Shown piece after piece: positions 56,278 to 64,000 of a stretch of 64,000 nucleotides of DNA. Position numbers and translations under genes: made by a program. The DNA is from Deltaproteobacteria bacterium (lineage in GTDB: Bacteria; Myxococcota; Myxococcia; Myxococcales; 40CM-4-68-19). Where the stretch lies: positions 132,701-196,700 of the forward strand of contig VBLC01000046.1 of the NCBI GenBank assembly GCA_005879315.1, in the 5' to 3' direction. The first letter of the stretch is position 1. Each line of letters begins with the position of its first letter. The notes beneath the pieces are model-generated. The model made no database searches. It had not been told where the DNA came from and saw only the letters and a list, made by a program, of their open reading frames with translations.

Positions 56278-56317
56278 GGCCTTCCCGCCCTGCGTCCAAG
56301 CGGGTAGAGGCTTTTTC
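56278..56317 (+). terminator. Possible Rho-independent terminator after clpX
   Basis: Imperfect stem GCCTTCCCGC...GCGGGTAGAGGC followed by TTTTT. Confidence 0.45.
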
Positions 56318-56328
56318 GGGAGGCCCGC

Positions 56329-57297
56329 ATGAAGCGCATTCTCCTCGCTGCTCTCTTTCTCTCGCTTCCGGCGCTGGCGCAGGAATATCCCGGCGACGAC
56401 GACTACTCCTGGCAGATGCGGGAGCCGCCGCCGCCCGACTACGACCAGCCGCCGCCTGCCGATTACGACGAGCCTCCGCCGCCTGCGCGGCGGGGTCCGA
56501 CGCTCGACGACTTCCGCGGCGACCGCGAGCTTTCCGGGTCCGGCGAGTGGCTCGACACGCCGGAGTACGGCACGGTGTGGCGGCCCACCAGTGTCGACTC
56601 GGACTGGCGGCCGTATCTCTACGGGCACTGGGAGTGGACGACGGTCGGCTGGGCCTGGGTGAGCGACGAGCCCTTCGGCTGGGCCGTCTATCACTACGGC
56701 CGCTGGGCGTACATGGGCTCGTGGGGATGGGCCTGGGTCCCCGGCCGCGTCTGGGCTCCCGCCTGGGTCGCCTGGCGCTGGGGCAACGGCTACGCCGGCT
56801 GGTGTCCGCTCGGGCCGCGCCTGGTGGTCTGGGAGCAGCCGCAACTCTGGGTCTTCGTCTCGGCGAATCACTTCCTCGATCCGGTTCCGCGCTATGTCGT
56901 GCCGAGGACCGAGCTGCCCGTTCTCTACGCGCGGGCGAGGGCGCTGCCGGTGCAACCTGGGCCGCGCGCTGGACCCATCGCCGGAGCGGTCGCGCGCGCG
57001 ACGGGACATTCAGTGAGGCCGATGCCCATCCGCGAGGCTTCTTCGCCGCGAGCGACGGGCGGCGGGGCGGGTGTCTGGTACTACCGGCCGCGCACGGCTC
57101 CGCTGGCGGCGCCGGTCGGGACTCCGCGGCCGCACGCACAGGTGACGACGGGCGGCGGGCAGCGCTTCTACCGCGGCGCGCCTGCGGCCGTCAGATCTGG
57201 CGACGCGCCTCGCCCTGCTCCGGCGCCTCACGCGACCGGCACGAGGACTGCGCCGCAAGCGGAGTCCGGCTCCGAACAGAAACCGCATGCCCGGTGA
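56329..57297 (+). CDS. Secreted Trp/Pro-rich protein (DUF6600-like)
   Basis: Signal peptide; YGTVWRP, WRPY..GHW, EPFGWAVYHYGRW, WAPAWVAWR, GWCPLGP. Confidence 0.85.
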   Translation: MKRILLAALFLSLPALAQEYPGDDDYSWQMREPPPPDYDQPPPADYDEPPPPARRGPTLDDFRGDRELSGSGEWLDTPEYGTVWRPTSVDSDWRPYLYGHWEWTTVGWAWVSDEPFGWAVYHYGRWAYMGSWGWAWVPGRVWAPAWVAWRWGNGYAGWCPLGPRLVVWEQPQLWVFVSANHFLDPVPRYVVPRTELPVLYARARALPVQPGPRAGPIAGAVARATGHSVRPMPIREASSPRATGGGAGVWYYRPRTAPLAAPVGTPRPHAQVTTGGGQRFYRGAPAAVRSGDAPRPAPAPHATGTRTAPQAESGSEQKPHAR

Positions 57298-57321
57298 GCC
57301 ATCACTAGATTAGCCGGCGAC

Positions 57322-58260
57322 ATGGCCGGCCGTCGGCAGCAGATCCTCTTCGCGGTGCGCGTCGCCGCGTGGCTCGTGATGGGCGCGCTGGTCATCGGCC
57401 TCGCGCGGCGGATGAACTGGGACGAAGTCTTCGGCGCATTCGCTGCCGCCGACCTGCGGCTGGCGCTGGTAGCGACGCTCTTCGGCGTCCCTTGCGTCGC
57501 CCTGCAGGGACTGCGCTGGTCGTCGCTGGTCAATGCCGTGCGCAAGGTCCCGTTCGCGACGCCGGTGGCGGCGATCTTCGTCGGCCAGGCCGCGAGCGCC
57601 TTCCTTCCCATGCGCGCCGGCGAGGCAGTCCGCACCGAGCTGCTCGCGCGCGCCACCGGGATGGGCCGCGCCGCATCGCTCGGGACCGTCGCCCTCGACC
57701 ACAGCGTGAACGGCCTGGTGATGTTCGCCATCGCCGGCTCGCTGCCGCTGCTCTTGCCGGTGCCGCGCTGGATGGCGATCGTGCTCTGGAGCGGCATGGC
57801 CGGAGCCATCGCCCTCGCGCTGGTCCTGCTGCGGCTCTCGCGCACTCCCAGCTCCAGCGAAGGCCGACTCGGCCAGCTCATCGCCAAGATGCGCTCGGGC
57901 CTGGTGGCGCTGCGCAATCCCGCAGCGGTTGCGAGGGCTGCGGGCTTCTCCGCCGCCTCGTGGAGCGTGGAAATCGCCGTCGCGATGCTGGCGCTGGCGG
58001 CCTTCCATCTGCCGCACGACCTGCCGCACGCCATGGCAGTGCTCTTCGGCGTCAGCCTCGCGCAGGCGATCCCGGCGCCGCCCGCCTCGCTGGGAAATTT
58101 CGAGCTCGGCGCAGGCACGGCGCTGGTCGCGTTCGGCGGGCCGCCCGAGCATGCCGCGGCTTTCGCCATCGGCTACCACGCCATGCAGCTCCTGCCGACG
58201 CTGGTGGCGGGCGGCTTGATGCTCTCGCGCTTCCGCCTACGCCTCCCCCAGCACGCGTAG
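57322..58260 (+). CDS. Lysylphosphatidylglycerol-synthase TM / UPF0104 flippase-like protein
   Basis: LRW..L, FLPMRAGEAVR, IPAPPASLGNFE; multiple TMs. Confidence 0.85.
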   Translation: MAGRRQQILFAVRVAAWLVMGALVIGLARRMNWDEVFGAFAAADLRLALVATLFGVPCVALQGLRWSSLVNAVRKVPFATPVAAIFVGQAASAFLPMRAGEAVRTELLARATGMGRAASLGTVALDHSVNGLVMFAIAGSLPLLLPVPRWMAIVLWSGMAGAIALALVLLRLSRTPSSSEGRLGQLIAKMRSGLVALRNPAAVARAAGFSAASWSVEIAVAMLALAAFHLPHDLPHAMAVLFGVSLAQAIPAPPASLGNFELGAGTALVAFGGPPEHAAAFAIGYHAMQLLPTLVAGGLMLSRFRLRLPQHA

Positions 58261-59268
58261 GTAATTGCCGCCGAGGATGCCGCGCAGCTCCGCCTCGCTG
58301 AATCCGCGGCGCGAGAGCAGCTCGGTCAGGTCGGGATAGCGGCGCGCCTCGCGCATGCCTTCGACGCTGTAGACCCAGCCGTCGAAGTCGGTGCCGATGC
58401 CGATGTGCTCGGGCCCCGCGACCAAGGCGCCGTGGACGATGGCGTCGGCCATGGCATCGATCGAAGGTCCGCCGAGGATCTTGTTCCAGGTGATGATGCC
58501 GGCCACTCCTCCCGAGCGGGCGAGAATTCGCAGCTGCTCGTCGGAGATGTTGCGCTCCAGATCGGCGAAGCGGCGAAAGCCGGTATGGGTGGCGAGGAAA
58601 GGTCGCGCCGCCGTGCTCGCCACGTCGGCAAAGGAGCGGTCGGAGCAGTGCGTGACATCGACCAGCACTCCCAGCTCCTCGCAGCGCCGGACGACCTTGC
58701 GGCCCAGTTCCGTCAGGCCGGGAGCGCCGCGCAGGACGGCAAACCAGGGATGGCCGGGGATCCGCGCCGGCTGGGCGATGCCATTTTGTACAAAATGCGT
58801 GAGCGTCAGGTAGCGCAGGCCGCGGGCAGCGAGCTGCTCCAGCTTCTCCAGCGAGCGCTCGATGTGATGCCCCCCTTCCGCCGCATGCAGCACGGCGAGC
58901 TTGCCACTCTGCAGGATCCCTCGGACCTCCCCCCGCCGCCGGGCGACCTGCGCCAGCGCTGGGTGCCGCGCGCAGAGAGCCTCGAGCGCCTCGAACGTCC
59001 CGAGCGCCGCGCGAAATGGGCGCACGGGCAGCACGGCCGGCGCATACGCGCAGTTGGTCAGCACCCGCAGCCCGCCCGCGCGCGCGCGCGGAAGGTCGAG
59101 CTGCTGGCGCAGCGGATTCCAGCGCCGCGGCGGTTTGTGCTCACGCCCGAGATCGCGCCGCAGGTAGTAGGCGTTCAGTCCCGGATGCGCGTGCAGATCT
59201 GCGACCGGCGCCGCCTCGTGGACGGCCCTTGCGTCGATCGGCGCGACCTCCGGACGATAGATGAGCAC
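58237..59268 (-). CDS. Membrane dipeptidase (M19) family protein
   Basis: DLHAH, EGGH, TLTH, VDVTH, ATHTG, RNISDE, IGTDFDG, GGNYLRV. Confidence 0.9.
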   Translation of the reverse strand: MLIYRPEVAPIDARAVHEAAPVADLHAHPGLNAYYLRRDLGREHKPPRRWNPLRQQLDLPRARAGGLRVLTNCAYAPAVLPVRPFRAALGTFEALEALCARHPALAQVARRRGEVRGILQSGKLAVLHAAEGGHHIERSLEKLEQLAARGLRYLTLTHFVQNGIAQPARIPGHPWFAVLRGAPGLTELGRKVVRRCEELGVLVDVTHCSDRSFADVASTAARPFLATHTGFRRFADLERNISDEQLRILARSGGVAGIITWNKILGGPSIDAMADAIVHGALVAGPEHIGIGTDFDGWVYSVEGMREARRYPDLTELLSRRGFSEAELRGILGGNYLRVLGEA

Positions 59269-60786
59269 TCAGTGCTGCGTCACCCGCACCGTCGTCTTCA
59301 TCTGCTTGCCGGTGTCGAGGTCGCGCGCCGACATGGTGAGGATGCCCTCGATGTTGACGTCGAAGGTGATCTCCAGCCGCGCCTTCCCCGCCGGCCCGGG
59401 CTTGAGGCCGCTGAAGAGGAAGTCGCCGAGCAGCTCGTTGTGCGACACCTCCGGGGCGTCGCCCTGGAAGATGCGCATGGCCACTTCCGTCTGGCCGTCG
59501 TAGCTGGTGGTCGCCTCGACTGCCTTGGCGTTGGGGATGGCGGCGTTGCGCGGAAAGACGGTGTGGAACGCGCCGCCCGCTTTCTCCAGCCCGATGGCCA
59601 TCGGGATCACGTCGAGCAGCTGCAGCTTGAGGTTGGAGTCGTCCTCCAGCGAGTGCGCATAGAGTGCCGCGCCGATCGCCACCGCCTCGTCGGGGTGCAC
59701 TCCCTTCGAGGGGGCCTTCCCGACGATCTCGGTGAGCCGCTTCTGCACCGCCGGCATGCGCGTCTGCCCGCCGACGAGGAGCAGCTCGTCCACTTTCGCG
59801 GCGTCGAGGCCCGCGTCGCCCATCACCCGCGTGAGGATCACGATGGTGCGATCGACCAGGCTCTTCGTCAGCTCCTCGAGCAGCTTGCGGGTGAAGACGA
59901 AGTCGATGTTGAGCGGCTGTCCCTGGGGCGTCATGGTCACGAACGGCACGCTGAAGGGGGCCTGCTCGCGGCTGGAGAGATCGATCTTGACGCGCTCGGC
60001 GAGGTCCTTGATCCGCTGCATCGCCACCGGGTCGGTGGAGAGATCGATCTGGTGCTTCTTCCGGAACTCCTCGATCACGTGCTTGATCATCGCCTGATCG
60101 AAGTCGAGCCCGCCGAGGAAGATGTCGCCGCCGGTGGCTTTGACCTCGAAGACGCGGTCGCGGATCTCGATGATGGAGACGTCGAAGGTGCCGCCGCCGA
60201 GGTCGTAGATCACCACCGTCTCGTGCAGGTTCTTGCCGATGCCGTAGGCGAGCGCGGCGCTGGTCGGCTCGTTGATGATCCGGACCACCTCGAGCTGGAT
60301 CATCTTGCCGGCGTCCTTCACCGCCTGCCGCTGCCGGTCGGTGAAGTAGGCGGGGACGGTGACGACGGAGCGGCTGACCTTCTCTCCCAGATAATCCTGC
60401 GCGACGCCGCGGATCTTGTTCAAAATCTTCGCGCTGATCTCGGCGAGCCGGAAATTCTTGTGGCCGACGTCGAGGACCACGTCGTTGCGCTCGCCCGGCT
60501 TCATGTCGTAGGCGACCGTCTTTTGCATCAGCGCGACGACGTCGCTGGAGAAGGAACGCCCGATGAGGCGCTTGGCCGCATAGACAGTGTTGCGCGGATT
60601 GAGCTGCCACTGGCGCTTGGCTTCGTGTCCGATCAGCTCGTTGCCCTTCTCGTCGATGGCGAAGACGGAGGGGATGATGAACTCGCCGCCCTTGTAAGGG
60701 ATGAGCTTGACCGTATGGTCGTCCTTCTCGACGATGGCGGCGCAGCTGTTGGTGGTTCCCAGGTCGATGCCGATGATCTTGCTCAC
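59269..60786 (-). CDS. Hsp70/DnaK-family protein lacking the C-terminal lid
   Basis: IIGIDLGTTNS, TVPAYF, NEPTSAALAYG, DLGGGTFD, LVGGQTRMP; ends after the SBD-beta domain. Confidence 0.93.
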   Translation of the reverse strand: MSKIIGIDLGTTNSCAAIVEKDDHTVKLIPYKGGEFIIPSVFAIDEKGNELIGHEAKRQWQLNPRNTVYAAKRLIGRSFSSDVVALMQKTVAYDMKPGERNDVVLDVGHKNFRLAEISAKILNKIRGVAQDYLGEKVSRSVVTVPAYFTDRQRQAVKDAGKMIQLEVVRIINEPTSAALAYGIGKNLHETVVIYDLGGGTFDVSIIEIRDRVFEVKATGGDIFLGGLDFDQAMIKHVIEEFRKKHQIDLSTDPVAMQRIKDLAERVKIDLSSREQAPFSVPFVTMTPQGQPLNIDFVFTRKLLEELTKSLVDRTIVILTRVMGDAGLDAAKVDELLLVGGQTRMPAVQKRLTEIVGKAPSKGVHPDEAVAIGAALYAHSLEDDSNLKLQLLDVIPMAIGLEKAGGAFHTVFPRNAAIPNAKAVEATTSYDGQTEVAMRIFQGDAPEVSHNELLGDFLFSGLKPGPAGKARLEITFDVNIEGILTMSARDLDTGKQMKTTVRVTQH

Positions 60787-60789
60787 GAG

Positions 60790-60802
60790 TGTTACAATAT
60801 CA
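60790..60802. promoter_or_regulatory. Overlapping divergent extended -10 elements between Hsp70 and prkA
   Basis: Plus TG-T-TACAAT 60790-60798; minus TG-A-TATTGT 60802-60794, 7 nt before the Hsp70 GTG. Confidence 0.55.
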
Positions 60803-60833
60803 TGGTGCACTCGATGGGCGGAGGAGCCGAATC

Positions 60834-63077
60834 GTGGACTCGCTGCGCTACCTGAAGAGCGTCGGCGATCAGGTCAGGCGCGCGTTCCTCGAGAACAAGA
60901 CCATTCTCGCCTTCCAGGAGTACATGGAGGCGTTCTTCGAGGCTCCTCGTGTGCACGCGCGCGACGCGGCCCACTATATCCGCGACTGCTTCGACTTCTA
61001 CGGCACCGAGACGTTGCAGAAGCCGTCGGGTCCGGTGCGCCGCTTCAAGCTCTTCGACCGGCCCTTCGATCAGACCGCCACCGCGCAGGAGGGGGAGGGC
61101 GGCGCGCCGGTTGTGGGCCAGGAGGAAGTGCACAACGCCATCTATCGCATCCTCAATTCGTACGTGCGCACCGGACGGGTGCACAAGCTCATCCTCTTGC
61201 ACGGGCCGAATGGATCGGCGAAGAGCTCGCTGGTCGCGGCGATGCAGCGCGCGCTGGAGGACTACTCGCGCAAGCCGGAGGGCGCGCTCTACCGCTTCAA
61301 CTGGATCTTCCCCAGCGAAAAGCTGGTGAAGGGATCGATCGGCTTCGGCGACAAGGTCGCGGGCGGACAGCGGGTCGAGACCTACGCGCACCTGGAAGGC
61401 GAGCAGATGGATGCCCGCATCGTCTGCGAGCTGAAAGACCATCCGCTCTTCCTCATTCCTCGGGGCGAGCGGCAGCGGATCCTCGTCGATCAGTGCAAGC
61501 CCGACTCCGCCTTCCAGCTGGCGGCGGGAGTGCTCGAGGGCGAGCTCTGCCACAAGTGCCGGCAGATCTACGCCGCTTTGTTGCAGTCCTACAACGGCGA
61601 AGTCCTCAAGGTGCTGCGGCACGTGCAGGTGGAGCGCTTCTATCAATCGCGCCGCTACATGATCGGCGCGGTCACCGTCGAGCCGCAGATGTCGGTCGAC
61701 GCCGACTACCGGCAGGTGACGGCCGACAAGAGCCACGCCGCGCTGCCCGGGCCCCTGCAAAATCTTTCCTTGTATGAACCTTACGGACCGCTCGTCTCCG
61801 GCAATCGGGGAGTGATCGAATTCTCCGACCTCCTCAAGCGGCCCCTCGATCATTACAAGTACCTGCTCGGGACCATCGAGACGGGCGTCGCGCGGATGAA
61901 TCACTTCCTCCTCCATCTCGACTCGGTGCTCATCTCCTCGAGCAACGAGAAGCACCTCTCCGCCTTCAAGGAGATGGGCGACTTCGCCTCCTTCAAGGGG
62001 CGCATCGAGCTGGTGCGCGTGCCCTATCTGCGGCGCCTCTCCGAGGAGCAGCGGGTCTACGAGTTCCGCCTCAAGGAGACGGTCGGCAAGCATGTCGCGC
62101 CGCACGCAACCTGGGTGGCGGCGCTCTGGGCCGTGCTCACCAGGCTGAAGAAGCCGGTCGCCGACCGCTACAAGGGCGAGCTGCGCAAGCTGGTCGATCA
62201 TCTCACGCCCCTGGAGAAAGCGCTCCTCTACGAGTCGGAACGCGCCCCCGCGCGGCTCAGCTCGGCGCAGGCGCGCGAGCTGAAGAAGCATCTTCAGGAT
62301 CTGTGGCGCGAGTCCGACGCCTATCCAAACTACGAAGGGCGAACCGGCGCCTCCGCGCGAGAGCTGAAGACCGTGATCGGCAATGCCGCGCAGAACAGCA
62401 CCTATCGCTGCCTCACTCCCCAGGCGGTGATCGAGGAGCTGGAGGCGCTCTGCCGCGACAAGTCCGTCTATGAATTCCTCCAGCAAGAGGTCGTCGACGG
62501 CTATCACGACCACGAGGAGTTCGTGCGGGTGGCGGAGGGCGAGTACCTCGACGTGCTCGACGAGGAGGTGCGCGAGGCGATGGGGCTCATCTCCGAGAAG
62601 CAGTACCGGACGATGTTCGAGCGCTACGTGCTGCACGTGCTCGCCTGGACGCGCGGCGAGCGGCTGCGCAACCTGCACACTTCCGAGATGGAGCGGCCCG
62701 ACGAGGAGATGATGGCGCAGACCGAGGCCATCGTCATGGCGGGCAGCGAGGACCGTCGCGAGTTCCGCCGGGGGCTCATCTCCGCGGTCGGCGCGTTCCG
62801 GCTCGAGCACACCGAGGGCGAGATCGACTACTCGCAGATCTTCCCCGATTTGTTCCGACGGCTGCGCGACCATTTCTTCGACGAGCGGCGCCGCACGCTG
62901 CGCAAGAACGCCGAAAAGGTGTTGCGCTACCTGGGCGACGAGCGCGGCCAGCTCTCCAGCAAGGAGCAGCAGCAGATCCAGGAGACGCTGCAGGCGATGA
63001 AGGACCGCTACGGCTACTGCGAGCACTGCGCCAAGGACGGCATCGTGCTCTTGCTCGCGAAGCGCTACACGGACTGA
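60834..63077 (+). CDS. prkA: PrkA/YeaG-family AAA+ protein
   Basis: LILLHGPNGSAKSS, CELKDHPL, GNRGVIEFSDLLK, EGRTGASARE, YGYCEHCA; GGAGGAG RBS. Confidence 0.9.
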   Translation: MDSLRYLKSVGDQVRRAFLENKTILAFQEYMEAFFEAPRVHARDAAHYIRDCFDFYGTETLQKPSGPVRRFKLFDRPFDQTATAQEGEGGAPVVGQEEVHNAIYRILNSYVRTGRVHKLILLHGPNGSAKSSLVAAMQRALEDYSRKPEGALYRFNWIFPSEKLVKGSIGFGDKVAGGQRVETYAHLEGEQMDARIVCELKDHPLFLIPRGERQRILVDQCKPDSAFQLAAGVLEGELCHKCRQIYAALLQSYNGEVLKVLRHVQVERFYQSRRYMIGAVTVEPQMSVDADYRQVTADKSHAALPGPLQNLSLYEPYGPLVSGNRGVIEFSDLLKRPLDHYKYLLGTIETGVARMNHFLLHLDSVLISSSNEKHLSAFKEMGDFASFKGRIELVRVPYLRRLSEEQRVYEFRLKETVGKHVAPHATWVAALWAVLTRLKKPVADRYKGELRKLVDHLTPLEKALLYESERAPARLSSAQARELKKHLQDLWRESDAYPNYEGRTGASARELKTVIGNAAQNSTYRCLTPQAVIEELEALCRDKSVYEFLQQEVVDGYHDHEEFVRVAEGEYLDVLDEEVREAMGLISEKQYRTMFERYVLHVLAWTRGERLRNLHTSEMERPDEEMMAQTEAIVMAGSEDRREFRRGLISAVGAFRLEHTEGEIDYSQIFPDLFRRLRDHFFDERRRTLRKNAEKVLRYLGDERGQLSSKEQQQIQETLQAMKDRYGYCEHCAKDGIVLLLAKRYTD

Positions 63078-63078
63078 T

Positions 63079-63705
63079 CTAGCTGGGGAAGACGAGGTGG
63101 AAAAACTCGGCGCGGCCGGCGACGCCCAGCTTGGAGTAGACCTGCGTCAGGTGCTGCTTGATGGTCTTCTCGCTGTTTCCCATCATCGCCCCGATCTCAG
63201 CGGAGGTGAGCCCCTTGAGGACGAGCCGGGCGACTTCCTCTTCCTTCCGCGTCAGCCGCGCGCGCGACAAGGCGCGGTTGACCAGCCGCGCGAGATCGAC
63301 GTCCACCGTGGTCACCTTCTCCAGGACCTGCCGCAGCGCCTCGGTGGTGAAGGGCTTCTCGATCAGATACGCCGCGCCCGCATTCAAGGCTGACTTGAGG
63401 CGCTGCGTGTCGGCGAAGGCGGTCACCAGCACGACGGGCGCGCGAACCTCCTGGCGGCGAAGGGCGGCGATGAGATCGATGCCGGAGAGCTTGCCGTCGC
63501 CGAGGACCACGTCGGCCACCACCGCCTCGACGAAGCGCACCTCGTGATCCTGCAGCGCGCTCTCCGCGCTGGGATGGGCAAGGCAGGTCCAGCCATAAGC
63601 CTGCAGCCTGCGCGCCAGGATGGTGCGCGCGTCGGGCTCGTCCTCGACGAGAAGAAGGAGGCGCGGCGAGGTCCGCGGAGCCACACCTTCGCTTCTTTCG
63701 TTCAT
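63079..63705 (-). CDS. REC plus LuxR-HTH response regulator
   Basis: LVEDE, ADVVL, VTAF, EKPF, LTRKEEEVARLVLKGLTSAEI. Confidence 0.9.
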   Translation of the reverse strand: MNERSEGVAPRTSPRLLLLVEDEPDARTILARRLQAYGWTCLAHPSAESALQDHEVRFVEAVVADVVLGDGKLSGIDLIAALRRQEVRAPVVLVTAFADTQRLKSALNAGAAYLIEKPFTTEALRQVLEKVTTVDVDLARLVNRALSRARLTRKEEEVARLVLKGLTSAEIGAMMGNSEKTIKQHLTQVYSKLGVAGRAEFFHLVFPS

Positions 63706-63728
63706 CGTCCTCTCCGGCACAGTAAACC

Positions 63729-64000
63729 TCAACTACGCTGGAAGGTAAATCGGAAGGTGGTGCGGCCCGGCGCCGCGTCGCTGCAGACCAGATCGCCGCC
63801 TCCTGCCCGGGCGAGCGCGCGGGCGATGGCGAGGCCAAGCCCGGTCCCGTTGTGGCCGGAGGAAAACGGAGTGAAGAGGCGCGACTTCACGTCGACGGGA
63901 ATGCCCGGACCGTCGTCCTGCACGGTCAGCTCCACCCTGCCGTCGAACTGCTGCGCGCGCAGCGCCAGCCGGCCGCCGGCCCCTTTCGACTGCAGCGCCT
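63729..64000 (-). CDS. Histidine kinase C-terminal HATPase domain (truncated by window edge)
   Basis: VQDDGPGI, LFTPF, GTGLGLAIA. Confidence 0.85.
   Translation of the reverse strand, partial: ALQSKGAGGRLALRAQQFDGRVELTVQDDGPGIPVDVKSRLFTPFSSGHNGTGLGLAIARALARAGGGDLVCSDAAPGRTTFRFTFQRS

Noticed and set aside
60792-63026. 744-aa minus-strand ORF
   Set aside because: Antisense shadow of prkA

Overview
High-GC chromosomal segment that looks like a Myxococcota (myxobacteria-related) genome, judged from the TIGR02266 PilZ, TIGR04552, DUF4388, Glt/Cgl gliding and FHA-EBP genes. The housekeeping backbone is leuS-lptE, rpsT, mazG, phoH, a 7TM-HD hydrolase, slyD, tRNA-Cys, tRNA-Leu/secG, truA, clpX, an Hsp70 and prkA. 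Four blocks stand out. (1) A contiguous Glt/Nfs-type envelope-machine cluster (cglC/gltK, two beta-barrels, gltC, an apparent gltD-gltE fusion, gltF, gltG, gltH) at 18.1-28.6 kb. (2) A sigma-54 signalling patch next to tRNA-Cys that includes an unannotated 56-aa ORF. (3) Orphan contractile-injection spike genes (Gp5/gpV and PAAR) around tRNA-Leu/secG, behind a TPR-membrane-VWA operon. (4) An 8-gene ubiquitin-like sulfur-carrier operon at 46.7-51.6 kb: dead CysK paralog, N-truncated E1, a Ubl ending GG-C, an inactive mini-E1 carrying the missing Arg-finger helix, CysM, JAB protease, degenerate CysC with a basic tail, and LarE. Block 4 is my best candidate for an undescribed system, a bacterial heterodimeric E1. 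A DnaA-box-like cluster lies between rpsT and mazG. I saw no CRISPR array, rRNA, integrase or transposase. All family calls come from motifs recognised by eye; no database search was run.
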